The translations under genes and the position numbers were made by a program. Of a stretch of DNA of 64,000 nucleotides, positions 13,041 through 26,092 are shown piece by piece (position 1 is the first letter of the stretch; each line of letters starts with the position of its first letter). Below the pieces are notes generated by a model, which was not told the DNA's origin, made no database searches, and saw only the letters and a list, made by a program, of their open reading frames with translations. Origin of the DNA: Patellaria atrata CBS 101060 (taxonomy: Eukaryota); assembly GCA_010093705.1 (NCBI GenBank), contig MU006095.1, forward strand, positions 806,001 to 870,000, written 5' to 3'.

Positions 13041-14983
13041 TTACATCATCATCGCATCACCCATTCCGGAAAGGCCCGCCCCGGCTACGTTGACGTTGAT
13101 TCCCTGGAGATTAGTCGGTCCGAGAGCGCTTAGTTTGAGTTCCGGGTTGCAATTTGCAGAGTGTTGACGATGGTATTTCAATCCGTTAAGATTTTTATAC
13201 CGCTTGCCACACACTTCACAACGGTACGGCTTCTCTTTCTCCATTCCAACGGTACCGGGATAAGGAATAGATGTGACCGGATCCACTATCGAGAATGTGC
13301 CGTCACTGTTCTCCTTGAGTTGCTGGTTTTGATGTCCATGCTATATAGCGTTAGTGCACAGTACCGAAAAAGTCGACTGATAAAATCACATACCTGTTTA
13401 TGATACTTGAGTCCATTTTGATTCTTGTAAGCTTTTTCGCACCCTATCACCGGGCACTTGAAGGGTTTATTCTCTTCGATAGGGAATGGTCCAATGTTGC
13501 TTCCTAATCCGGCCATCAGTTGCTGTTCGCGTATTCGCCGTGCAAGCTCGCCGTTACCCCCTATCTGACCTTGAGCAAGCGCAAACTGCAATTGTTGTGT
13601 GCTCATAGCGCCTCCTTGTTTGCTGAAAAGCCTTTTTGCCGGATCATCGATGGTAAGATTTGCCATATCGCCGCTATTGCCAAACAGTATAGAGTTCCAG
13701 TCCTGATTATTGCCACCCTGGAGAAGTTGTGCGTTAAAGTTACCTCCTCCCACGTAATTTCCTGCCATATCAAAATCTAGTTCCGCGGGAGTACCGGGGA
13801 CTGAGGAGTCCGGTGAACTCTTGTTCTGTGTATATTGCGCTGACTGAGTTCCGAGTGTTGGTGTGTTCACTGATGAGACTGTGGGATTGTTTTGCAGAGG
13901 AAATCCTTGATTAGCAGACGGTGTAGTAGGAGTTGCGTTCCGTAGCCCTTGATGCGACTGTATAGCGTTCGCGACTCCCACATTTAGGGGGGGTATACGG
14001 GTGTTATTTTGTTGTTGTACAGGCACAGGTGGCGCGGCATCATCCATTTCCATATCCATGTCATCTAAAGGGTCGGAATCCTGGATAGGTGAAAGAGGCG
14101 TTTGACTAAAGCCGGCGTCTGAAGGTAATCGCTGAGCGGTATATGTCTGCATTCGGCTCAGTTGAGAATTCTGTCCTTGTCTTGAACTCCCTTGCAGACC
14201 CATGCTCTGTGGCTGCTGAGTATTACCAGTCTGGTTTCCGGAAGTTGAGCTGGACTGAGGTACAATGGAATTCGATCTCGGAGGTTGATTGGTCCCTGAA
14301 GATGGTCTACGTAAAGAGTGTAATGCCGGAGCAGGAGTTTGCGCGTGGGCTTCTTCGTAATGCTGAAGCAAATCGTGTAATGAATCGATCTTGAGGTCAC
14401 AACACGCATATCCTTGTAGGAACTGTGCTTCCATCTTTGGAAGGTATGATGAGGATTGGTAGGAAGAAGACTGATGGAAAGCATGAGGGGATGATCCTCC
14501 CATAATAACTCTGCACAAATCTCGCGTTAGTATAATGTCCGAAATCGAAGAGGGTTATGATCCCGATATGCAAGAAACCAGCAAATTGCAAAGACCGAAT
14601 AACTTGTGGCATCTTATATATTAGATGGGTACTCACTCGTTCGCGACCCAACTACCCATAGAGAGACCCCCCCAACTCATCCCCCCCATGACACTTCCAG
14701 TGCTACTTTCTCTTCGCGGTCTCTCCTTCATGGTTATTGGCCTAGCTCCTGATCCATAATATGACGAGGGATTCTGATTACTTATTGAATCATGGCGACC
14801 ACCAAGACTCGGTCGTCCGTCAGCCGGCGTTCTGCTGTTGATATTGATCGCAGCTTGTTGCTGGACGGTAGCGCCCGCTTCCTGAAGCGCTGATGTGAGG
14901 TTTGAGGTCTGGTTTCGCGGTGACGCTGAGTTGTATCTCTGAGGGGTTGTGATATCGATAGGAGATGCGGATTGAGTCGCCAT
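13041..14983 (-). CDS. SFP1: Split C2H2 zinc-finger transcription factor Sfp1 (ribosome biogenesis/TOR regulator)
   Basis: [25 protein letters not shown]....[36 protein letters not shown] and [24 protein letters not shown] motifs. Two introns. First AUG at 14983 (a longer non-AUG form is possible, see findings). Confidence 0.93.
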
Positions 14984-16147
14984 GGCTAGAGAGGGTGGTG
15001 TGTATTTGGAGAACAAATCGAAATCCCCAGAATCCAAGAATGATAAGTCAGAATCTGGTAATTCTGTATAATTATAATGATGCAGCTTCCGGTGCCAGGA
15101 GAAGTAGAGGGGTTTCTCTTTCTTAGGGCTCCCAAATAGCGGAGATGCGGCGGCTGTAGTGGCGGGAGAGGTATCTGTGTCGACCGGCGACTCTTGCCCT
15201 TGTCTTTCGACGGGCGAATGATAGAGGGAAGGTGGTGATTCTGATGAGGAATCCAGCTTTGAAGTTGTCGGTGGCGCTTGTGTTGTTGTGAGCTGGGACT
15301 GAGAGCTGGATGTTCAGTTGGGAAGGCAGACGGGTACTGTACGGTAGCGAGATCGGGCTGTCGTCGAGTCAAAGCGAACCGAACTCAAGATACAACCGAA
15401 TATAACTACTCAGGTCGATGCTACGGTAAGTTAAGAGTCAAAGGCAAATCACAAAATACTATCTTCAATGTATACGGCTGAGATATAGTTCTGAAGTGAA
15501 ACAGTGAGGATGGGAGGCGCTCGCGGCTATGTACTGGACTGTACCACAAGGTCGACTTATTCACCATGACTTAATATGTTGACCGACTTCTAGGCTGGCC
15601 CTCAATGAGGATGCAACCTAGGCTCGCTGCCCCTATGAACCGCTGTTCATATTCCCCTTGATTTGGTTTGAATTCGTCTTTTGACTATGACTACGGGGTA
15701 CACTGTAAGGATTAACTGAAGGGAACTCTACCACCTCGGTCCTTCTTAAGAGACCATCTTACTCTCTCTAACACAATATCTATCTTTCTTCAGGATTCCT
15801 ATATCTGGTGTGTGCAGTCTGATGGGTTGTTGAAAATTCCTGGATATTTACAAATTGACCATGCCACCAATCCAAGCACCGACTACGCGTCTAAGTAGTA
15901 GTGATCATCCGGCTCAGTGACAAACGCGTCGTTAAGGATATGTTCTTTAGGTACAGTAGACTAATAATTTCAACCGCAGTTGCAGTTGATATACAGACCA
16001 AAGTACTCCGTACGTGGGACGGGTAAGAGGCAAAAAGAGGAAATCAGTCCGAGTGCGGTTAGGACAAGGTCGGAGCCTGCCACGAGCCGTCGGCCTACCC
16101 GAACACACGAACAATCCCTCACATGGGAACCAAGGGGGGATCTTTCG

Positions 16148-16175
16148 CACGCTTCACGCTTCACGCTTCACGCTT
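16148..16175 (+). repeat. Short tandem repeat (CACGCTT)x4 upstream of SFP1
   Basis: cacgcttcacgcttcacgcttcacgctt seen directly. Confidence 0.85.
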
Positions 16176-17570
16176 CGTTACCAATTCCCACGTGGCTAAC
16201 CTGCCAGTTACGTACCGAAAATGCCTGGAATCCCGACAATTCCGATAACTCTTCTTTCTTCTCAGTTCTACCACCAAAAAACCATCTATCATCACTTCAG
16301 TATCCATGTTCTCAATTACAAAGCATAAAGCTCAAGAAATATTTCACTTTAACTGACAACATAAAAGGTACAGTAGCAGATCCAAGGATCACTCTAGCAT
16401 TCATTCATCTCACCGCCTCGCCCTCCGCCTATCCGCCGCAACGCCAAACTTCGTTCCGCCCCCCGTTAAGGCAAAGTTCTGACATCTGAGCTCGGCGTTA
16501 TGACTCTAGCCCATCGTCCCCTTTCTTACTGATTGGTTAAGGATTCATCTTCATGATCTTTTGGTCCTGAAACAAGTGCGACTTGCACAGACCCAAAATC
16601 AAAAGGGAAATTTGAGAGACCTTCAAGACGATCTTCTGGTAACCAGTCGCGTGCCGCAGGTGTATGCAGTTTCCATCCGAGCTTTCTCCGTAGATGGTGC
16701 ACATCTCCCAAATTTCGTCTCCACAATAATAGACAACTACTTTACGACAACATCTCTGTGCACATCATCTATCAAAAACCAGTATGAACTCACTTCAACT
16801 TCATATTTTGATAAAGGACCGCTCCTTGTAAATTACTGTATCAGAAGTTATCTACAACTGGAGTACTACTTCTTATCTTATTACAGTAGACCCTTTCCTT
16901 TCAATTCAGGCTGCATTACAAAAGATACGGCGGCTGGTACGGTGTGTGTCTTATTAATAAATGAGGATACCTATTGATTGGGGCAAGGTCGTTACTTGAT
17001 ATTTATTAATGCCACGGAGCTATATGTTTCTCGGGTCAAGAAGTAGCCTGCCTTCTATATAATCCCCCCACACATATTACCCTTCAGGGAAATACTTCAG
17101 AGCAGCTAACATGGTGCCAGACAACAATAAGTAAAAAGATCCGGTCACATACACCTAGGATAATTGCAAGGTACCTTCAATGTTACCTTAACCTTTTACA
17201 CATTGTTTCTCTCTCATCTGAATACTCTTCTGAAATTCAATCGAGTTCAAACTGAACGCTCTTTTTGCCATCGATATCCCAGCGATGCTTCTCTCCTTGA
17301 GTTACACTCTCTTCACCCCATATAAACGTCGGTATTCGACACTAGCATTTATATCTTTTTTACAGACAAACTGGTAGAACCTTTATCAGTCTTCCGCAAG
17401 GTGTGGTAGGTTATAGATACTCTCCATAACACCTCTGCCGTTCAAATAAACACCGAGATCCTGCAATGGGAACCCCCAACTCCTTATAGAGTAGTAATGA
17501 TCAAAGGAAAAGCACTCTCTAGTAGAACTATATCGCCCATTCTTCAATTCCAACTCATAATCAATCCTCT

Positions 17571-19332
17571 TTAGAGTCCCACCACAACGTTGCGTACTAG
17601 TGATGGATCAGGAGGCGTCGGCGTCCTCATCGGATAACATGGTAGTTTAGATCGGTCGAATATTGGTTTCATAGGAGCAACCTCTAAACTATCCAGTCCG
17701 TATAACCTTGCTATAACATGCGCCTGGCCGATCCCAAAGACGTTACCGATGTATTCATATTGCTCCCTTATGTATATCTTATGTTCTAGAGATATACCCT
17801 CTACCGTAACTGCAGCGCGTAGTGGCCAGAGCAATGTATATCCACTCAAGGCCGTGCCTGTTGGGGTTGCTTGAGGGTTTCCGTTTTGGTCAATGCAACC
17901 AAATAGATAAGGGACAGAAGCACATATGTCATCCGCCAATTCTAGGATAGCATTTTTCCATATCACTTGAAGCTTGCCGAAAGGACTCTCCACTGTGATC
18001 TTCTGGTGTTGACACAATTCCAATAGGCACTCCAGCAGTCGGATCCGGATGCATCGATAATGGTTCCACGTGATAGCGCGGAAGATATCCATATGAACAA
18101 TAACCTTTCGGTTCTTGTATTTGGTCCATGAACAGTAATTCCCCCGATCTTCAAGGAGACGACCAGTGGCGCTTGCGACCACCTTATATCGCCACATTCC
18201 AAGTTCATCTTCAAGAGATGATCCTGCTTCAATAAGCTCGTTGAACCTTCCTTCCTCTTGATCCTCAGGCCTCAGGCTTAGAAACTCATTGACATCTATG
18301 CGGAAATGACCTAGGTTGGTAATCATTCTCAGCAATCGTGTTACTGAAGAATCTTTAGGCAGAAGCGATAACCATGCGGTGGTTTCAGGGGGTGGCCTCT
18401 TTCGTTTTAGTAAGTAACCAATACTCTAGAGCCTATCAGCATGCACAACATACTATGCCGTCAGGACGTCAAACTGACTAGTTGAGTCTGTAGAAAGCGA
18501 AATAAGCCTCTGCCTTCGTTAGTACGTAGTAGATCGGGACCCCGTAGTTTAATCATCAATTCGCGGCCGGAATGATGCGAGTCCCACATCTTATTCCAAT
18601 CCTTTTCTGCGGTAATGAGCTGCATGATCTTAGCAAGATCACCGAGACCGAAAACGAAGGTTCGGAAGTGGAAGTTGACTAACCTGATATAGCCCCAAGA
18701 GAAGAACAGTGACCAGCGTGCTGTCATTCTTCACATCTTCCGGGTTACTCAGGGTCGTATTCACCAATGGCAACGCTTTGCCATAATGCAAATGTGCTCG
18801 GAGAAGCATGCGAGGTTGTCTCGTCTGCTTTGCCAAAGAAGCTAGAGCTACTGCAGGCAATGCTTCTCGCAAACAGGGTAATACGTCAACCCTACAACAT
18901 AACGCTGGTAAGAACCAGAGATATCCGTACTCCGGCTGTGAATGCCCAGGTATTTCAGCATACTCGTTGAAGAATCTATCGATAGCTTGACTCTCAATGG
19001 AGGAATAAATCGACGGCGTGGCGTTGAATGATATGCCATGGCGCATACCATGGGTTTTCTGGAGTCTTGACTGAACTTTGCGCTGGGCGAAAGTGTTCTG
19101 GTTGACGAATAGAAGCTTGGTGTCTTCTCGGTAACCAGGACATGTTGCCCCTAGATTTACGCATCGCCTGCATTCCGGACGTTCTTCCCCGCACTGTATG
19201 GATTCCGGAATGGTAAGTCAATCCATATCGGGTAGCGAGGTGGTATTGGAGTGGCGTAGAATGTCTACCGACCTTTACTCGTCTTGCTCGACATGTGTGG
19301 CATCCACGCGACGGTCTCCCGATATTTCCCAT
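17571..19332 (-). CDS. Zn(II)2Cys6 binuclear cluster transcription factor with fungal TF middle-homology-type region
   Basis: ATG 19332: MGNIGRPSRGCHTCRARRVK, intron, then CGEERPECRRCVNLGATCPGY. Downstream A..HYGKAL..VN.TL....KNDSTLVTVLLLGLY and LADDICASVPY..GYTLLWPL motifs. Confidence 0.9.
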
Positions 19333-21826
19333 CCTAGAATAGAAGTATAAGTAGTAATACGATCTGGAATAATATGACAACAATGACACAATCCAGAGAA
19401 TCTTGAGACATCGAAGTTCTTCAACCTCTTATGTCTAAACTCACTGTAGCTGCGCCATCCCTAGGGATGCGTGGAGTCGTGCGTGTACTTCTATACATCT
19501 ATATAATTGCCCTAGATAGACACGAAAGCTATCGATCAGGTCTGCCGCCAAGCCTCTGCCCAGATCTGCCTTCAGAGCTTCGAAAAGGTTGTTGGTCGAG
19601 TTGAAGGCGGTCACTGGCGGTGCAAGTTGACGCAGCCCGTGCTATGTCCTAATCGGGCGAGCCATGCGAAGCCATGCGAAGCCACCGCTTCAGCTTGAAT
19701 CCTTCCTTCGACATCAACTCTTAAAAGTCACGAGAGTCTAAGAACAATGCATCAACATCATCATTGATGCAAGTTTGGAAAGCTATGGGACTGTACAAGA
19801 AATTGTTATAAGTATGAGCATTCAGCTGCGTTATGGTTGGGATACGGCCGTAACCTATCGACGTCCTTCATTTGATAGCAATCTTATATTCAGCTCATCA
19901 ACATCTCCCACGCCGCGCGCAAGTCCTTCAAGTTTGTTGTGCATTTGCTATCAGCATTGAGCTTCGTTTCAGAGAAGATACGGCCGTACATACTGATTGT
20001 AGATTCTCTCTTTGTCCTCTGGTGGGTCGAGTATCGCCATACCTCTACCAGGATGACGGTCGAATCTAACTTTGCATATCCTCCGTCTTCGGTTCTGGCA
20101 CTTTTCATTACTACACACATATTGCACACACTATGAAATTCACCTACTTTGGTCGTTGTGAGATACCTACGGTTATCTTGTCAGGTCAAAGGTCCCCCCC
20201 GAGTAGAGCGTACAGTAGTCAAAAATACCACCACAGGAAAGAGATATCTTCAGGTCAATGCATCTATGACATGAGCTGACGCAATACGTACAACAGCTAT
20301 ACAGTACTACAGGAATTAGATCTCCAGTCCGTAGACTATTCCCGCCTTCAGCAATACAAATCTTCGTTTGGATCTTATCCGGTCATGGAACTCTTGGTCT
20401 ACTCTATGTCAATCTCGAAAGACTCCTGAAAGCATTACATGAAAGATCAAAAGCGCAGATTCAACACACAGCTGTACCAAACCCTGAACGGTATGTACTT
20501 CCGAGAGCAACGAGACCTCTCACTCGAGGATACGGCCGTAACCTTATAGTAAGTGGTACAGGGACCATGGAGTTTCTACCCATTACCAACGAGGAGATGA
20601 GTTATCCTACATTTTTAGCACCTATAGACCAGCCACACGAGCCCTGGGTCCACTTATATTTTCTTAGCATATAGCGTAAACCTGATCCGACATGGTAGAT
20701 GTGTGGAGGTACGATCTATTAAGCTACTAAGTTATATCTCTCATATCTCTTTGAGTCTCCTATCCACCGTTCTCACGCTCGTCAGCCCTCAGTCGTTGTG
20801 CACTTGCTATACAGAAAGTGGTATATTCTCATCTTTGACTCTGTATAAATCTCCAATACTGCTACTGTTCACAACAATAGTTGAGTATTCGTTTGCCTGC
20901 TTTCTTAGATTCAATCAGCTGGACGGTAAAACATGTGTAGGAGCATATCATATACACTCCATTCAAGAAACGGTCGAAAGTGACATTTGCAAGTAAATAT
21001 AAAGACTAAGGATCCCATATGAAGATATAGTAACCTAGGGGTTTATGACAAAGCGCAGACCGAAATATATAGGGAAGAAACATTACAACAGAATACCTCA
21101 GGATCCACAAACATAACCATGGGAAAGAAGAAATAGGATGAAGAAACAAGATGCGGTCTACGGCAGTCAAACCCACATGCTATAGTCGATATACCCTATC
21201 ACTCCGGGTTGACAACAAGGTATCTGTGTAGGGTATCCAGTTCGCTATCAAACGTTGCCACTAGCATAGTTGTGATGGTAACTAGCAGACAAGACGCTCT
21301 CGATGAGATTTTCAACAACAAGTTCTTTTCCGAGAAGGTCGGCCAGGATCCTGAACATAACTTTACCATGAAACGAGAGGATCCGATGGTTATCATTGCT
21401 TATTTTCTCCGCTTTGCAACACGTGAAGGACCCTGCTCAACGCAAAATCAACCAGACAGACATAATAAAAAAGAACTTGAATCGAAGTCTAAGAGGAAAT
21501 AGAAGAAAAGAAGTTTGATGTAGCAAAACATTATTCACGGATCCGAAAATATAATACATCTGCCCCTTTCGGAGTAGAACACCTTAGGATGCTTCATCAG
21601 ACTGTTCACAACATTCGTTCCTATGCTTGAGTAACCCCGGCACCGTTTGATTTCTAAAACTCCCCCACAACAAACAATCGTGTCTTAACCTTCTAGTTCT
21701 TTTAGCAAACGACATTGCATATATAAGGCTCGCATATATCCCTTACGCACACTTATATCTCCTCTATAAGTTAGCTCTTTACACCTATTCACTCGCTCCC
21801 AGTCCAGCCATTACGCCCGATACAAC

Positions 21827-22478
21827 ATGATTAGAGATACGTCCCGTGCTCGTGCGATGGCTATAGAGCAGTTAAATGAGTTCGACCATATCAGTCCGCG
21901 GGTCCAACGCATGTTCGAAGCGTTCCGGGCATTCAGCAGAGAACCTGGAGTCCATTTACCAAGATACAGGCAGGAACGGCCATGCTCTGGCTACAGCTCT
22001 GGACTTGGTAGACCAATACACGAGTGGTAGAACCAACCTAATCTCCCATAGTGACATGAATATGCAAGTTTTGAAGCGGTTGTGCAAATAGGGGCCTGGA
22101 TTCTACCGAATCGAGCTAATACTTCTACCGACACCGCCCATTGTTACTCCGATCTACTAGGGGACGATATTCTATATCCTGGGGTTTGTACCGACAACCA
22201 TCCCTGACGTTTGTTTACTATGTTATATAGACGATGATGGTACCTAGGCTTACAAGACCTGGAAAAGTTATACCGATGAGTTTCTTAGCTGGGGTCCCAT
22301 TTTGAAGAATGCGATTGTGGCTGCCACTATGTGGGAGATTATGGATATACTAGAGTCCACACAGAAAACGGCCGATCAATTCCAATTCGAGAGCGCCGAA
22401 CTAAGGATGGGTAAGTCTCTTGACAAGTTGGAGGTCGCGAGAAAAAGTGGGAGCCTGGCGCTTACGAGGGAGGATTAA
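21827..22478 (+). pseudogene. Possible small orphan gene or frameshifted pseudogene
   Basis: TATA-like element near 21720, CAAC-ATG at 21827, plausible GT..AG introns joining open segments that end TAA 22478. The first segment needs a frameshift or an unseen intron. No recognisable family. Confidence 0.3.
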
Positions 22479-25400
22479 GGCGGACCGAACTCTACGGAGT
22501 GGGAAGAACTGTACCGAGTACAGGGTGAAAAGAGGGTATCTTGGAGAGTGGCGTAGTATATTAACTAGAGGAACCGTTTGTCGGAATTTGCGGAATATCG
22601 TTAAGGTAGAATAGGGCTTTTGATGTCTTCTCCATGGGATTCCATTTTCTGTGGCAATTTGTGAAATCATATCCCGCCCTGGTATGTTTGGATCAAGACG
22701 AATTACCGTACTCTTCACCCTTATTATCCTTATACGACCTATCTCTTTCCCTTGCTCAGTATTCGTAGGTCACCGTACGCTTACATCCAAAGTAGCTTCC
22801 ACTTGACCGTACAGATCCTCGAGACTCCACAATACACCAAACATGAGATAAGGCCTGTAGTTATACGATGAAGACAGGACCACCGAGCAGTATTCAATCT
22901 GTGGGTGGAGACGATATTTAGACAAGCTCCCTTTCTGTCCTGACTATGAGACCAGATCTCTCAAAAATTATCTAGGAGACTAAAGGACCAGAGGTGAGCG
23001 GGAGAAAGCAAGGTAATATGGCTCCGTCTCTGGCTTTCTCATCGTAGATGTTCTTCGATGACTGTACCCTTGCTGTACAAATAAACCTAAATTTCTGAAA
23101 TTCGCTCCGTACAGGACTTTTTCTGTTGATATGAGCAAGTTGAAGATGCCCCAATTGCTCATGTACGGTACGGTCAGAATCGTCTTTATACGGAAAAGAA
23201 GGTAAGGCGATTGGGATGAAGCAAGATAACATGGTCCTAAATCTTGCTTCTTCGCCGCAGATACTCCTCGGTGATTGTACCAGTACTATACGCATAAGGT
23301 TCAATTTCTGGATTATGCTCTGTAAAAGATCGCACACTCCTTTAGTCAAGTGTCCAAGTTCCTCTTGGTGGCCTACATACGGTAAGTCCAACGATATACT
23401 GTTACAAAAGAGTCGACTAGATTTTGGAATTCTTGCACAACGACGAAGCATGTTTAAACATCTTCCGTACAGCAAGCGCGTAGTAAATCATGTTTGAAAC
23501 TGTCCGATGCGGGGCTTATAGAAAGTCAGTGTCCGCGTCCGTATTCAACTTACAAGCAAAGATATGAGGCTGTAGACTCTCAAGGAAGAGTATAGTATCA
23601 ACACATGAGGTCCCCCGGCCGTTTCCCAACATATCGGATACATTGCTCAAAGCTCAACCTCATTCATTTTAGCGCTTCCACTATCGAATCTAGTGGCGCT
23701 CGGTAGACGAAGTCAATTCAACGAGGCTCTAATTTTGCAAGCTTTTGGACCAGAGATTTGGTGAGCTTCTTGGAAGTATCAAATCTAACTTCGTTTTGGA
23801 GTACTACCTGGCTAGCTCAGACGTTGTAATATAAAACTACCACTCTCCAATTGAATATTGATTGACCAGTGGAATTTTTGAACCTCTTGAGCCTCGATCT
23901 AACTTAAGTTTGGACTTGTTTACTTACCAGACGTTGGGTTGTCCATATACAGTCCAACAACACAAGCAGTTGGAATAGCGGGGTATTCCTTCTCGACATC
24001 AGCGCCTATGCTATCTGAATCGTAGGATCGAAAAAGCAGTATGCTCAATAAGTCAGGACACCGGACGCTCGCGTGGTACTTGTACACCGGAATACATAAA
24101 ATTTCGAACGATGTGTAACAGAAGGTTCAACGTATGCGGATATTTTTCACCAGAATTTGACTAGCTCTAAGGTCTCTGTAGGCGCCACCAACCTTTACAA
24201 TGCAACTCAGTTTGAGCCTCATCTGCAGGCAAAAATCGGGGAGGATTCATCAATATCCACAGGGCTGACACGAGAGAAAAAGAACACCGCATTTCATCAT
24301 GTCTTCGTAGCGCGGAGCTCAAGTCTCCAACACACCGATACTTATGGAAATTGTTGATACGGCATAGTTCGATAGTCGAAACCTTGAACTAACTTCGTAC
24401 GATCATATTATACTAGCATTAGACACTTGGAGCCCTAACGGCGTTCGCAAGAATCGCAAGAGCGTTGGATACAAGGATTCCCACGGAGTAGTAGAGCCAG
24501 CTCATCACGGATAGTCCGTGCTAATGTGAGTTTAGTTCAGCTGAAAGAAGAATTACACATTGGTAATCGAATTATAGCGGACCTGGGCAATCCTTTCAAT
24601 GTTCGAGAATCACAATTTCTCGAAGCTTTTTTTACGTCGAGGATTCATTGTTCTTCTTTTCGCCCCCAATATTCGGCATTAAACCCAGGATTTTATTCTC
24701 CGCAGTCGCGTAACCCGCGTGGTCGCGCCTGTGTGAGATTGATATCTGGACTCGAGTGGTTCGGAAGCGCGCCACGTCTGTATGCTTGTTCTGGTAGTCC
24801 AGAGTTCTGTATGGAATAGGGATAGAGCGGACGCCTCTACTTGTAAGACGGGGAAATCCATGCCGCGTAGTTCTGCAAAGCTAAAGAATGGGCTCGATTG
24901 CTCGAATGGTTGATGAGCTTGTGACAGCGTGCAGATATAATACATTTTTGCAGTGCATTAGGACTTACAGCGATTGCCCTGGCCTTCCGAGTCACGTCCA
25001 ACAACAGCGAAGGATCCCGACTAAATAGTTGGATTGAGGGGTATAGATGGACGAAGAACTACTGCTTCTGTCATCAACGGCTCCTTCTGATATTGAAGAG
25101 GAGTAGTGTCGGAGAGAATCGTTCTTCAAGATATCCTCCTTATTCACCTCAAGAACTTAAAAGCAAAGCCATGGTGGATGTGGCTTCTGCTGATCTTAGG
25201 GGTTCTAGTGAACTCTTTACCTTCCCTCGCGGGTTGGTGGCTTTATCATTAGGTCCCAGCGCCCGTCTCTCTGGGAGAAAGATATGGGTACAAGCGAATT
25301 GAAGCGAAGGAGCAAGAGGAAAGTGATGGACGATATTCGAGTCAACTCGACCAAGGCTGCGATGGTTGTGGGATGGTTTGATCACTTTTTGTTCAGTTGT

Positions 25401-26092
25401 TCTTGGGGAGGATGCCGTCCACGGCGCTTACGGTTCAAGGCAGTCTCATATGATTGGAGTATCATGTAGCCAAGTTGGTGGGATGCATCCAAAAGGCCCA
25501 AATGTGCCATTCAGATCAATCAGATGCCTGCTAGACAATTCTCTAAGCAGACTGCTAGTCCACTCGCACGGTTGCAGTTCAGGCCTCTGGAAGAAATGCG
25601 CCAGTGAGGGTCTGCCAAAAAAGCAGAGTCCGAGAAACAGCACACAGCACAGAGATGAGAAGAAGGCACCCAACCAGCCATACCATGTCTATCGGCCTTC
25701 TTTTGCGACGGTTAGAACTAGTTATAGTTACCTGGCACTAACAACCGATCTATTCCATCCCGAACATCTTCAACGACATGTCTACAACAAAACTTCCCAA
25801 CTCCCCAAATATACGTCGATGAACATCGCAGCATTGTCCGTAGCACCTTAAGAAGCTTCAATTGCTTTTGATCTCAAGTATTGCTCTCCTGTGGACGCTG
25901 GATAGGCGCTGCGACCTGGGCTACCTCTATTAGTCGTTCCCCTCCTCATCCTCAGCCTAACGACCTCACAACCGAACGCAAGGCAGTAGCTTTTTCTACG
26001 AGGCGCAGTTCGTCCACTTAATAGTGCTCTCCTCCTACTCGACGAACAGTGCCGTTCACTTAATTCACTATTCGCTGCATTGCCATCGGAGT

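Noticed and set aside
15885..15929. Two ACGCGT (MCB-like) hexamers upstream of SFP1
   Set aside because: Short motifs that also occur elsewhere in the window. Not enough evidence without conservation data.
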